From contig JBEIJY010000009.1 of NCBI GenBank assembly GCA_040380025.1, forward strand, positions 6,341 to 70,340: a stretch of 64,000 bases of DNA, given 5' to 3'. Positions 10,468 to 19,903 of this stretch are shown in pieces (positions within the stretch are counted from its first letter, which is position 1; every line of letters begins with the position of its first letter). The DNA comes from Bdellovibrionales bacterium (GTDB lineage: Bacteria > Bdellovibrionota > UBA1018 > CAIMNF01). A model generated the notes under the pieces. That model saw only the letters and a program-made list of their open reading frames with translations, was not told the DNA's origin and did not search any database. A program made the position numbers and the translations under genes.

Positions 10468-12352
10468 AATCCTTTAATTTTCGTTGGAGGTCAAGGAATT
10501 GTTGAGACAATTCCTTAAATTTTTCCATATCTTGGCGCTGATCCGCCGCCTCCATCTCCCGTTTCAGCTGATGCGAAAACCGTGCCCATGATTTGTACAC
10601 CGCACGCTTCAGAAGCCCCTCCAAAACTCGCTCCTCCCCATCGACCTTTTCTTGAAGGAGCCCCTCCATGATAACCGTCCGTAACTCATGAGAAACTTCT
10701 CTCGGGATCACCGTCTCGGGCGCCTGAGACAGACGCGCCCATCCTGTCGGATCGACGATCAACCCCTGCACCCAGGTTCGGATCTCGGTGTCATCAAACA
10801 AGTCAGGGAGTGTATCTTTTTCATGCATTTGCTGCTTCGCAAGCAAAAACATCCGGCCGAAATTCGAGAACCGGACCAAAAACGTGAGCAAACTCCGATC
10901 CGCGGGCGGAATGGGCCGGCGCCGCACGGCCGACGGCGCGGACGGAGCCGGAGCGGGCCTGGGCCGAGCGGGCATCTCCCGCGGAGCGGGAATCCGGCTT
11001 TGGGTGGCGAGCGCTCCGAGTGCCTCGGCAGGAACCCTCCAGCGTCCAAGGAGCTCCGAAACCCGGACCGAACGACCAACCGAATCCGAGTACTCGCTCA
11101 ACCATCGAACTGCAGTCCGGATCGCCTGTGAGCGCTTTTCAAGGTCGCCTTCGCTTTCCAAAAACAGCTTCTCGATCGAGACATCCAGAAGTGGCTTCGC
11201 CTCCGCGATCCACCCCTTCAACCGAACGAGATTCCCGACCGGATCCTCCAGCAAAAACTCGTCCGGGTCGAGCGTGCTCGCGAATTCGATCCCGTACAAG
11301 AGGACGCCCGATTTCAGCGCGAGTTCCATCGACTTTCCGGTGGCGGCAATCCCCGCATCATCGCGGTCAAAGAACACGATGATCTTTTTCGCAAGACGGG
11401 TCAGCATCTTCAGGTGCTCATCGGTGAGAGAGGTGCCACAAGGTGCGACCACATTCGCGATGCCCGCTTGGTGGAGCGCGATCACATCGAAATACCCCTC
11501 GACCACGATTGCAGTTTCTTCCTCGCGGATGGCGAGCTTGGCCTGATGGAATCCGTACAGGAATCTTGATTTCTGGAACAGATCGCTCTCGGCGCTGTTC
11601 AGGTATTTCGGAAGCTTCATTTCGGACGGACGCTTTTCGACCGACGGAAGAATCCGTCCACCGAAACCGCAGACCCGGCCACGCAGGTCGATCAGCGGGA
11701 ACACGATCCGTTCGCGGAAAAAATCGTAATCCCCGGCCTGTTTTTGGGACGGCCGGATCAGACCAAACTCCCGGGCGATCTCGAGCGGCGCCTTGGCGCG
11801 GGTGAGAAACCCGGCAAGCGCATCCGAGCGCGAATCCGCTACCCCGATCTGGAATTTCTCCCAGGTCTCGCGGGTGAGTCCTCGTTTTTTGAGGTATTCG
11901 CGTGCCTCATGGAACAAGGGCGAGTCCGTGCCTTGCAACAGATTCTGGTGATAAAACTTGAGCGAGGAAAAATAATGAAGTCGTGCGGCCTTTTGAATCC
12001 GTTGCTTTTTGAGATGAAGAGCCCGCTCCTCGGCGTCGCTCATGCCTTCGGCCGCCTCGGGCAGGGGGATCTTCGCTTTTTCGGCAAGATCCTCGCACGC
12101 CTCCTCGAAACTGAGCCCGTGGAGCTTCATCAAAAACGAGATCGCATCCCCCGTCTCTTTGCAGCCGAAACAATAATAAAACGAGGCATTGACCGAGAAG
12201 CTCGGGGAGCGGTCCCCGTGGAACGGGCAGCGGCCCATGAACCGGTTTCCGGTCTTCCGGAGCTCGACATTCTCGCCGACGAGCTCGACCAGCGACACAG
12301 CCCCCTTCAGGGTCTGGATCCACTCCGAAGAAAAACGTCCTCTTGCTTTCAA
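10433..12352 (-). CDS. dnaG: DNA primase DnaG
   Basis: Zinc ribbon '[13 protein letters not shown]...CFGC', a TOPRIM domain ('[15 protein letters not shown]') and a C-terminal helicase-binding region. Confidence 0.95.
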   Translation of the reverse strand: MKARGRFSSEWIQTLKGAVSLVELVGENVELRKTGNRFMGRCPFHGDRSPSFSVNASFYYCFGCKETGDAISFLMKLHGLSFEEACEDLAEKAKIPLPEAAEGMSDAEERALHLKKQRIQKAARLHYFSSLKFYHQNLLQGTDSPLFHEAREYLKKRGLTRETWEKFQIGVADSRSDALAGFLTRAKAPLEIAREFGLIRPSQKQAGDYDFFRERIVFPLIDLRGRVCGFGGRILPSVEKRPSEMKLPKYLNSAESDLFQKSRFLYGFHQAKLAIREEETAIVVEGYFDVIALHQAGIANVVAPCGTSLTDEHLKMLTRLAKKIIVFFDRDDAGIAATGKSMELALKSGVLLYGIEFASTLDPDEFLLEDPVGNLVRLKGWIAEAKPLLDVSIEKLFLESEGDLEKRSQAIRTAVRWLSEYSDSVGRSVRVSELLGRWRVPAEALGALATQSRIPAPREMPARPRPAPAPSAPSAVRRRPIPPADRSLLTFLVRFSNFGRMFLLAKQQMHEKDTLPDLFDDTEIRTWVQGLIVDPTGWARLSQAPETVIPREVSHELRTVIMEGLLQEKVDGEERVLEGLLKRAVYKSWARFSHQLKREMEAADQRQDMEKFKELSQQFLDLQRKLKDFEDSYVSGKTD

Positions 12353-12358
12353 ATCGCC

Positions 12359-12808
12359 TTAACCGCCCAGTGCTTCGCGGACCAGCTGGTTCACGAGCTT
12401 TCCGTCGGCCTTGCCTTGAACCTTGGGAAGAAGCACCTTCATCACCTTGCCGAGATCTTTCACGTCTTTCGCGCCCGATTCCTCGACCGCGGATTTCACG
12501 ATCGGACGAAGCTCGTCGGCCGAAAGCTGGGCGGGAAGAAACTGCCGCAAATACTTTGCCTCGGCCTCCTCGGCCGCAACCAGATCTTCGCGTCCGCCCT
12601 TGCGGAACTGGTCGATCGAATCCTCGCGTTGCTTCAGCATGGTCGAAATCAATTTCAGGGTCTCGCCATCCTCGAGATCCTTGCGATCGTCGATTTCTTT
12701 TTTCCGGATCGCGGCGTGAAGGTTCCGGGAGAACTGCAGAGCAGCCTTATCCCCCGACTTCATGGCGGTTTTCATGGCTTCCTGATTGATTTCCTTGATG
12801 GTCGGCAT
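12359..12808 (-). CDS. yqeY: GatB/YqeY domain protein
   Basis: 'MPTIKEINQEAMKTAMKSGDK' aligns with the YqeY N-terminus. The six-frame ORF extends to a TTG at 12865; the ATG at 12808 is preferred. Confidence 0.8.
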   Translation of the reverse strand: MPTIKEINQEAMKTAMKSGDKAALQFSRNLHAAIRKKEIDDRKDLEDGETLKLISTMLKQREDSIDQFRKGGREDLVAAEEAEAKYLRQFLPAQLSADELRPIVKSAVEESGAKDVKDLGKVMKVLLPKVQGKADGKLVNQLVREALGG

Positions 12809-12884
12809 GACCGCATCGTACCAGAAAAAAAGGCGGCTCCCCATCAGGGAAACCGCCTTTTTCAAAAAATTATTCCGGAAGGGC

Positions 12885-13097
12885 TCAGTACGAGGCCCGC
12901 TTCGGTCCGCGGCTGAATCCGCGTTTGAAGCGGTTCTTGCGCGCAGCGATATCTTTCTTTTTCCGTTTCACAGAGGGCTTTTCGAATGCCTCGCGTTTGC
13001 GGACTTCCGCAAGAACGCCTGCTTTTTCGACCTGCTTTTTGAAGCGCTTCAGAGCGGCTTCAAACGAATCTCCTTCACGAATTACGATACCTGGCAT
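12885..13097 (-). CDS. rpsU: 30S ribosomal protein S21
   Basis: '[42 protein letters not shown]...' is a typical S21. A strong SD (AAGGGGGTGA) precedes the ATG at 13097. Confidence 0.95.
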   Translation of the reverse strand: MPGIVIREGDSFEAALKRFKKQVEKAGVLAEVRKREAFEKPSVKRKKKDIAARKNRFKRGFSRGPKRASY

Positions 13098-13157
13098 TGC
13101 AATCACCCCCTTTCTTGATCGGGATCAGACGGGAACCCTACCGCTCCGGCCCGAAAA

Positions 13158-14264
13158 ATGCAATACTCTTCGGGAATGGGAACCCCCCTTCCTTGGTCGA
13201 AAAACACGCCTTTCCAATCGTTCCTGTTGATTGCGCTCTTCTCATTCTTTGCGGCGCATTTCCTTCTTTTGTCCCCATCCTCGCTCGAGGACGACTTCAG
13301 CGGGGTCCGGATCCTGCACCCGAAGGAGCTTCTGAATTTTCTCCGGAACGAATCCGAAACCGCCTTGAGCGAACCCTTCATGGCAACCATGCCGCCCCAA
13401 TACAGCGTCCGGGATTCGACCCTGTTCTCGACCCGATCCGGAAGCCCCGCTTTCCAGCTCCGCTCACGGAAGGCCAATGCTTATCCCTCACAAAACCAAG
13501 TGCATCTTCTGGAGGTGGACGTTCTGATGCCGGATCAAACCCGCATCACCTCGGAGGAGGCCTTGTATGACACGGCCGCTGGCAAAATCGTGTTCCACGG
13601 ATCAGTTCGGGCGACCCTTCCCGACGGAGCTGAGATCCGGTCCCGGATCGCATACGCGGATACCACTCCTTTGCTCCGGATACGCATTCCGCTCGAAGAG
13701 AGAGTCGATGGCAGCATCCCCCATGACTCAACGCCGGTCCGGTTCACCGGATTCGGCATGGAATACGCCGATACGGGACGGAGGGAGATCGTTCTTCTCT
13801 CTTCTGTGGTTGTGGACGCACTCGGAAAACAACCGGCAAGAATCCGCTCGGACCGGGCCGCTTTTTCGCGACAGAATCACGAGCTTTTGTTTTTCATGGA
13901 CAAACAGCGCCCCGTTCCGGAGCAATTTGTGACCGTCGCCGAGAAAGATCTCGACCTGAAATCCCGGTTGCTCGAAATGAAGCTCGCTCCGGGACGATCC
14001 GTCCACCGGATCACTGCCACGGGAGACGTCTGGTTTCTGGACCGGCACCAGGGAGAAGACCGGCCGACCGAAGGCACAGGCGGAAAGGCCGTGTACGATG
14101 TAAAGGAAAACCGGATTATCCTTTCGGAATTTCCGCAGCTCTATCAGGATCATGATACAGTCACGGGCGATGTGATCACCTATCACAGGGATACCGACAT
14201 TGTTGAGGTCACCGAAGGAAATGCAGTCTACCAGCAACAAGAATCCGAATCCGGGACGCGCTGA
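13158..14264 (+). CDS. LptC/LptA (OstA-like) family lipopolysaccharide transport protein, possible LptC-LptA fusion
   Basis: N-terminal membrane anchor 'FLLIALFSFFAAHFLLL'. C-terminal OstA-like repeats 'KAVYDVKENRIILSEFPQLYQDHDTVTGDVITYHRDTDIVEVTEGNAVYQ'. Lies immediately upstream of lptB. The start may be an internal Met. Confidence 0.55.
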   Translation: MQYSSGMGTPLPWSKNTPFQSFLLIALFSFFAAHFLLLSPSSLEDDFSGVRILHPKELLNFLRNESETALSEPFMATMPPQYSVRDSTLFSTRSGSPAFQLRSRKANAYPSQNQVHLLEVDVLMPDQTRITSEEALYDTAAGKIVFHGSVRATLPDGAEIRSRIAYADTTPLLRIRIPLEERVDGSIPHDSTPVRFTGFGMEYADTGRREIVLLSSVVVDALGKQPARIRSDRAAFSRQNHELLFFMDKQRPVPEQFVTVAEKDLDLKSRLLEMKLAPGRSVHRITATGDVWFLDRHQGEDRPTEGTGGKAVYDVKENRIILSEFPQLYQDHDTVTGDVITYHRDTDIVEVTEGNAVYQQQESESGTR

Positions 14265-14994
14265 AAAAACGCACCGCACGCTTCGTGCCTCGGAATTGTT
14301 CAAAGCCTACCGGAGCCGTCCCGTCGTGAAGGGCGTCTCGATCGAGGTGAAGTCCGGCGAAGTCGTGGGCCTGCTTGGCCTGAACGGGGCGGGCAAAACC
14401 ACCACCTTCTACATGATCACCGGCCTGATCGAGCCCGATCGGGGCGAAGTGTTCCTCGATGACACGAAGATCACGGAATGGAAGATGCACGAGCGTGCTC
14501 GCGGTGGAATCGCCTATCTGCCCCAAGAACCCTCCGTGTTCCGGAAGCTCACCGTAGAAGAGAACATTCTCTCCACCCTGGAATCGCTCTCGCTTTCGGC
14601 GCCGGAACGGAGAACCGCCCTTCAGACGCTCCTCGACGAGTTCAGCCTCAATCACGTGGCCAAGCAGGCCGCCTATACCCTTTCCGGCGGAGAACGGCGT
14701 CGGGTGGAAGTCGCGCGGGCACTTGCATTGAATCCGGCCTTCATCCTGCTGGACGAGCCGTTTGCGGGGGTCGATCCGCTTGCCGTGGCCGACATTCAAA
14801 AAATGATCCTCTCCCTCAAAGAAAAAAACATCGGCGTTCTGATCACCGATCACAACGTCCGCGAGACTCTTTCGATCTGTGACTGGGGATGCATTCTTTC
14901 GGACGGAGTCATTTTCGAGCAAGGAACTCCCGAACAGATCGCCAACTCCAAGGCGGCACGAGAAAAATATCTCGGAGAGAATTTTCGGTTCTAA
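14221..14994 (+). CDS. lptB: LPS export ABC transporter ATP-binding protein LptB
   Basis: Walker A 'GLNGAGKTTT', signature 'LSGGERRRVEVARAL' and Walker B 'ILLDEP'. SD 'GAAGGAA' precedes the ATG at 14221. Confidence 0.92.
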   Translation: MQSTSNKNPNPGRAEKTHRTLRASELFKAYRSRPVVKGVSIEVKSGEVVGLLGLNGAGKTTTFYMITGLIEPDRGEVFLDDTKITEWKMHERARGGIAYLPQEPSVFRKLTVEENILSTLESLSLSAPERRTALQTLLDEFSLNHVAKQAAYTLSGGERRRVEVARALALNPAFILLDEPFAGVDPLAVADIQKMILSLKEKNIGVLITDHNVRETLSICDWGCILSDGVIFEQGTPEQIANSKAAREKYLGENFRF

Positions 14995-15066
14995 GCAGCA
15001 TGCATCGGCTTGCGCAGGTTTTCATTGTATTTGCAACTTCCGAACCAAAGCAGGTAAGGTGACGAT

Positions 15067-16563
15067 ATGGGCATTCAACTGAAGCAGGGACTCAAACTCA
15101 GCCAAAACCTCGTAATGACCCCGCAGCTCCAGCAGGCAATCAAACTGCTCCAGCTGAACCACCTGGAACTGGCGGAACTGATCACCCAGGAACTGACCGA
15201 GAATCCGGTGCTCGAAGAGGTCGGAGAAAACGAATCCCCGCAGGACAATCTCGAAACCGCGGCCGACGGGGACACGTTCGACCCCGAGATCCAGCAGCAG
15301 GCCGATGAGCAATCCCAGGTGCAGGAGCCGAAACCCGAGGATCAGATGCTCTCCGGCAAAGAAGAGGTGAACTGGGACGCGTATCTCGAGGACTTCAACG
15401 AAAACACGCCGACCGCCCCATCGATGAAGGAATCCCTCGATGAAACTCCGACCTACGAGAACACCCTGACCAAGACCTCGTCCCTCGAAGAGCATCTGCA
15501 ATGGCAACTGTCCATGCTGAACCTAATGGAGAACGAGAAGGTCCTTGCGGGTCTGATCATCGCAAGCCTGAACGATGACGGATACTTCGAGGGGAATCTC
15601 GCCGATCTCGCGACGAAAGCCGAAATCGATCCCGAAGATGCTGAAGAAGTCCTGAAAATGATCCAGCTCTTCGATCCGATCGGAATCGGATCCAGGAACC
15701 TGAAAGAGTGCCTGCTGGTCCAGGCAAGACTGCTGAATCCGAGACAACCGCTCGTCGAGACGATCATCGAGTCGCACATGGCGGAGCTCGAAAAACACAA
15801 CCTTCCTGCGATCGCAAAGGCGCTCGAGATGCCGATCGAACAGGTGGTGGAAGCGCAAAAAGTCATCCACGAATTCGAGCCGCGCCCGGGGAGCCTTTTT
15901 ACCCAGCCAGAAACCCAGTACATCCAACCGGACATTTACATCAACAAGGTGGGCAACCAATACGTGATCCAGATGAACGACGACGGAATTCCTCGTCTTC
16001 GCATCTCGAATTACTACAAGAGCATCATGCAAAAAGAAGCGGCTGCCGGTAAAGCTTCTGGAGGCAAGACCAAAGAATATGTCCAGGAAAAACTCCGCGC
16101 CGCTCTTTGGCTGATTCGCTCGATCCAGAATCGGCAAAAGACCATCTACAAGGTCACCGAGGCGGTCCTGACGCGCCAACGCGAGTTCTTCGAAAAAGGA
16201 GTCCAGTTCCTGAAGCCGATGGTGCTCAAGGACATCGCCGCCGATGTCGGAATGCATGAATCGACCATTTCGCGGGTGACCACCAACAAATATGTTCACA
16301 CGCCGGTGGGCACCTTCGAGCTGAAGTACTTCTTTAATTCCAGCATCTCCTCGAGCGACGGAAGCGATGCACTGGCGAGCTCGGCCGTGAAGGAGAAAAT
16401 CCGGCAATTGGTCTCGAAGGAAGATCCGAAAAAGCCCCTGTCCGATCAGCAGATCGTGGACCTCCTCGCAAAGGACAATGTCGACATTGCAAGGAGAACC
16501 GTTGCAAAGTATCGGGAATTATTGGGGATCCTTCCCTCCTCCCAGCGCAAACGGGCATTCTGA
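15067..16563 (+). CDS. rpoN: RNA polymerase sigma-54 factor RpoN
   Basis: N-terminal 'LKLSQNLVMTPQLQQAIKLLQL', an acidic region II and the C-terminal RpoN box 'ARRTVAKYRELLGI'. Confidence 0.95.
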   Translation: MGIQLKQGLKLSQNLVMTPQLQQAIKLLQLNHLELAELITQELTENPVLEEVGENESPQDNLETAADGDTFDPEIQQQADEQSQVQEPKPEDQMLSGKEEVNWDAYLEDFNENTPTAPSMKESLDETPTYENTLTKTSSLEEHLQWQLSMLNLMENEKVLAGLIIASLNDDGYFEGNLADLATKAEIDPEDAEEVLKMIQLFDPIGIGSRNLKECLLVQARLLNPRQPLVETIIESHMAELEKHNLPAIAKALEMPIEQVVEAQKVIHEFEPRPGSLFTQPETQYIQPDIYINKVGNQYVIQMNDDGIPRLRISNYYKSIMQKEAAAGKASGGKTKEYVQEKLRAALWLIRSIQNRQKTIYKVTEAVLTRQREFFEKGVQFLKPMVLKDIAADVGMHESTISRVTTNKYVHTPVGTFELKYFFNSSISSSDGSDALASSAVKEKIRQLVSKEDPKKPLSDQQIVDLLAKDNVDIARRTVAKYRELLGILPSSQRKRAF

Positions 16564-16687
16564 ATCCGCGCAATTCCTGCCCAATCCTTGTACAACTGTC
16601 TCATTCCTTGACACCTCCTCCTCGATTTCGAGATGAGAGCCCGTTTAAGGGGGGAAGGCTGGCACGCTCCCTGCTTTTCATCAAGGT

Positions 16688-17656
16688 ATGGAACGCAGTA
16701 CCGGATCAACCGCCCTCATTGTCGCAATGCTCGGTGTCACCACTTCTCCCTCACCAGGGAACGCGGCCCACATCGCCGCGCACGAAGTTCCGATGTCGCG
16801 TCTCTTCCAACATGCATCCACGCCAGGATTGACCAGAACCATCAGCTCTCACAATTCCAAGAAAAACGCATTTCCGGTGATCACCTTCCTTTCTTCGGTT
16901 TCTTTGAATTCTTCGGGCGAATCCCGCATCGGCAAGTCCTGCTATGTCCGGAACACGAGCCTCATTCACAATGCCGGCCAGGGCTATTTCCACTCCGCCC
17001 TGGCCCAAACCCCGGGCGGAGTGATCCGGGCCGGAGAATCCTTCGAGATGGAAGTGCTTTCGGCGGGGTTCGACTCCATCCGGTTCGACCTTTCTTCGAC
17101 CGCAAATCCAGCACGCCGCCTTGAGATCGGTTGCTCGCATGCAAAAATCCAAAGCTGGACTATTGCGGATTTCGAATCCTCCTCGTCCCATCTGATCCAG
17201 GTGCGGATTCCGGCATCCTTGACCGGAAAAAAATCCGGCCTTGCCGATGCGACCGCCGCCTCCCTCCGGATGGAAGAAATGAAGGGGAATCGATTCAATG
17301 CAGTCTTCGGATCGGGCCTTCCGGGCACTTCCGGTGTTCAGCTCCTTTTCGGCGCGAACCTGAAAGCCTACACCGACGAAACCGGCGCCGCGCTCATGCA
17401 AGGACGCAAGTGCCGGATCATGGCACAAAGCGCCCGCTCGCTGAAGGATCGCTACCTGAAAGGCTCGAAGTTTTCCTTCCTGGGGTATCAGGTGAAGAAA
17501 GAAATCGGGACCGTCGAAATGGTGTTCGGAAACTGGAACCACAGTCCGCACCAGATCCGGATCGAATGTCTCGGCGATGAATCGTCGGTGAAGTCGCTCA
17601 GCCTCGCTCAGATCGAAAGCGACTTGAATGGCTCGATCAAGTTCTACCGGAAGTGA
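16688..17656 (+). CDS. Hypothetical protein (Ser/Thr-rich N-terminal half)
   Basis: GC3-rich codon usage in this frame, consistent over the length of the ORF, favours the + strand over the minus-strand shadow ORF at 16751-17668. No recognisable domain. The start is uncertain because a sigma-54-like promoter abuts 16688. Confidence 0.35.
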   Translation: MERSTGSTALIVAMLGVTTSPSPGNAAHIAAHEVPMSRLFQHASTPGLTRTISSHNSKKNAFPVITFLSSVSLNSSGESRIGKSCYVRNTSLIHNAGQGYFHSALAQTPGGVIRAGESFEMEVLSAGFDSIRFDLSSTANPARRLEIGCSHAKIQSWTIADFESSSSHLIQVRIPASLTGKKSGLADATAASLRMEEMKGNRFNAVFGSGLPGTSGVQLLFGANLKAYTDETGAALMQGRKCRIMAQSARSLKDRYLKGSKFSFLGYQVKKEIGTVEMVFGNWNHSPHQIRIECLGDESSVKSLSLAQIESDLNGSIKFYRK

Positions 17657-17709
17657 TCCGAATTGCATTTCGGGTTGTCTCGGTCATTGACCCGCATTAC
17701 GATCGGGCC

Positions 17710-18291
17710 ATGAAAACTCTTCTTTTGCTCGGCCTTCTGGCTTGCTCGTCCGCATTCGCATCCACCGCCAAACCGGCCTCGAAAAATCCGGTGGCCATCA
17801 TCAAAACGTCGCTCGGCACCATCACCGTCACCCTGTTCCGCGACAAGGCTCCCAAAACCGTCGAGAACTTCATCGGCCTCGCCAAAGGAACAAAAGAATG
17901 GAGCAATCCCGGGGATGGAAAACCCATGAAGAACCGCCCGCTTTATCGGGGCACGGTGTTTCATCGTGTGATTCCTGAATTCATGATCCAAGGAGGCGAC
18001 CCGGTCGGAAATGGCACCGGAGGCCCGGGATACCAGTTCGAGGACGAGTTCAGTCCGCTCGACAGTTTTCACAAACCGGGAATTCTCGCGATGGCGAACG
18101 CGGGTCCGGGAACGAACGGGTCCCAGTTTTTCATCACCGTGGCACCGACACCCCACCTGAATCAGCGCCACACTATTTTTGGCGAAATCACCAAGGGACT
18201 CGAAGTTGCGGTAAAAATCTCGAAGGTAGAACGGGATTCGATGGATCGGCCGAAGAAGGACGTGAAGATCGAAAGCATCACGATTCAGTGA
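17710..18291 (+). CDS. Peptidyl-prolyl cis-trans isomerase, cyclophilin type (secreted)
   Basis: Signal peptide 'MKTLLLLGLLACSSAFA' and cyclophilin motifs 'GTVFHRVIPEFMIQGGDP' and 'GSQFFIT'. Confidence 0.9.
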   Translation: MKTLLLLGLLACSSAFASTAKPASKNPVAIIKTSLGTITVTLFRDKAPKTVENFIGLAKGTKEWSNPGDGKPMKNRPLYRGTVFHRVIPEFMIQGGDPVGNGTGGPGYQFEDEFSPLDSFHKPGILAMANAGPGTNGSQFFITVAPTPHLNQRHTIFGEITKGLEVAVKISKVERDSMDRPKKDVKIESITIQ

Positions 18292-18299
18292 AAGAAAAA

Positions 18300-18375
<76 letters not shown>

Positions 18376-18446
18376 ACATTTTCTTCGATTCCGACAGTGA
18401 ATCAAAAAATCCCCGAATCAGCAAGATCAATCGACCAGACACCTGA

Positions 18447-19196
18447 TCACTTTTTGATTTTCGGGCCGCCTTGCTTCCGAAAATCCGCATAGATCTCCTC
18501 AAACCGGTTCTGATCCCAGCGTGAGCCGGTCGCGGCCGCAAGCCGGACCAGCGCTGGGTAAGCCCCGGCAATCCGCACCTCGATGGCCGCCGGGTCCCAG
18601 TCCGAAGAGATCCGGATGGGAGTTTCCTTCTGCCGCCCGAGCATCACGAACACCTTTCCCGAAAAGGTCCGCTGGAGTTGCAGCGAAAGCACCTCCCCGC
18701 GAACCACATACAACTCGGTCACGCCGTCCCGGACATGGACCCAAAACTCGGCATCGGTTGCCGTGAAGGAGTCCCCGTTTGCCTCCACCGCCACCGGAAA
18801 AGCCCCGGTTCCGGGCTTCACCCAGACCTTCATCCACCCTCGTTCGATGGCAATCGTGCTCCGGAGGGCCGAGGATTCCACGGTCTCACGGGGGCCGATT
18901 CTTCCTTGGAACACACCGCCTGCGACCCAGACGGCGAACTCATTTTGAATGACTTCCACGGCAAGCGGAGCGGAAATCCGGAAGCGGTCTCCTGGATCGA
19001 ACGCCCCTCCGGGCACCAGTCGTCTTTTTTTTCCACGGTTCGACTCGATATTGATTCCGTCCGGTTTTCCGCGCGGATGGATTTCCATTCCGCTCAACAA
19101 AGGAGGTAGAATGAAGGCGTCCTCTTTCAGAACGACATTCGCTCCCTGCGCGGCGACGGACATGAGCAAAAAAAGGATTCCGAACCCCGACCTCAT
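18447..19196 (-). CDS. Secreted hypothetical protein (possible FecR-like beta-sandwich)
   Basis: Signal peptide 'MRSGFGILFLLMSVAAQGA'. No catalytic motifs. Confidence 0.45.
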   Translation of the reverse strand: MRSGFGILFLLMSVAAQGANVVLKEDAFILPPLLSGMEIHPRGKPDGINIESNRGKKRRLVPGGAFDPGDRFRISAPLAVEVIQNEFAVWVAGGVFQGRIGPRETVESSALRSTIAIERGWMKVWVKPGTGAFPVAVEANGDSFTATDAEFWVHVRDGVTELYVVRGEVLSLQLQRTFSGKVFVMLGRQKETPIRISSDWDPAAIEVRIAGAYPALVRLAAATGSRWDQNRFEEIYADFRKQGGPKIKK

Positions 19197-19237
19197 CCAT
19201 TTACAAGAATACCACGAGCCTTTAGGCTTAGGAACTG

Positions 19238-19447
19238 ATGAACGACTCCCAGATGACCAAAGAAAAGTACCTCGAACTGGCCAAAAAAGAGGGACTGCAA
19301 AAGGCAGTGCACCAGCTTCATCATGATCTGTGGACCCTCGAGCAGGAGTGTTTTGACACTCCGGAGGGGTACCAGGCCGAGGTCTGGAAAAAGCTGAACG
19401 AGCTTCGGATCTTCTCGCGCGAGCTCTGGGACATGAAGCTGAATTGA
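19238..19447 (+). CDS. Small hypothetical protein (69 aa, charged/helical)
   Basis: ATG with an AGGAA Shine-Dalgarno 5 nt upstream. Intergenic position. Confidence 0.35.
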   Translation: MNDSQMTKEKYLELAKKEGLQKAVHQLHHDLWTLEQECFDTPEGYQAEVWKKLNELRIFSRELWDMKLN

Positions 19448-19486
19448 TTTCGGGCCTGCCTTCCCGCCCGGGTTGCCGCTCAAGCC

Positions 19487-19903
19487 TCAGCCCGGTTTTC
19501 GATCGCGCACACTCCCGGTGCCTGCAAACAGATCATGCAAACCGAGCTTCTGCGGATGGAACAGCACCATCAAAAAACCGGCTCCGACCACCCCATAGGA
19601 CGCGAGGTAAGAAACCGTCCGGAGGATCGCCTGCTTCCGGGTGAAAGAAAGCCCGGTTTTCCGGTCGAGAACCCGGATTCCAAAAATCCGCTTTCCGATG
19701 GTGGTTCCGGTCCGGACGGGAATCTCGACGTAATACACGTACACGATCGCGAAGCTCAGCATCACTCCGAGCACCTGCTCGCCGAGTCCTCCGAGTCCGA
19801 GCATCAGCGTCAGCCCCCACTCGAGCGCGAACTCGGCCGCATTCCAGAGCGCGAAATCAATCAAATGGGCAAGAAACCGAATCCAGAATCCCGCGTATTT
19901 CAC
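19487..19903 (-). CDS. RDD family membrane protein
   Basis: 'KYAGFWIRFLAHLIDF...RKTGLSFTRKQAILRTVSYL'. The GTG start overlaps the EamA stop (GTGA). The six-frame ORF extension to 20251 is a shadow of EamA. Confidence 0.6.
   Translation of the reverse strand: MKYAGFWIRFLAHLIDFALWNAAEFALEWGLTLMLGLGGLGEQVLGVMLSFAIVYVYYVEIPVRTGTTIGKRIFGIRVLDRKTGLSFTRKQAILRTVSYLASYGVVGAGFLMVLFHPQKLGLHDLFAGTGSVRDRKPG

Noticed and set aside
14995-15066. Possible promoter between lptB and rpoN (TTGCGCAGG...).
   Set aside because: No convincing -35/-10 or -24/-12 spacing. rpoN is most likely co-transcribed with lptB, as in other bacteria.
16751-17668. 305-aa minus-strand ORF overlapping the 322-aa plus-strand hypothetical gene after rpoN.
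   Set aside because: The plus-strand frame shows GC-rich third positions and typical preferred codons (aag, ctg, atc, ggc) throughout. The minus-strand product is Arg/Gly-rich shadow-like. The plus strand is retained, at low confidence.
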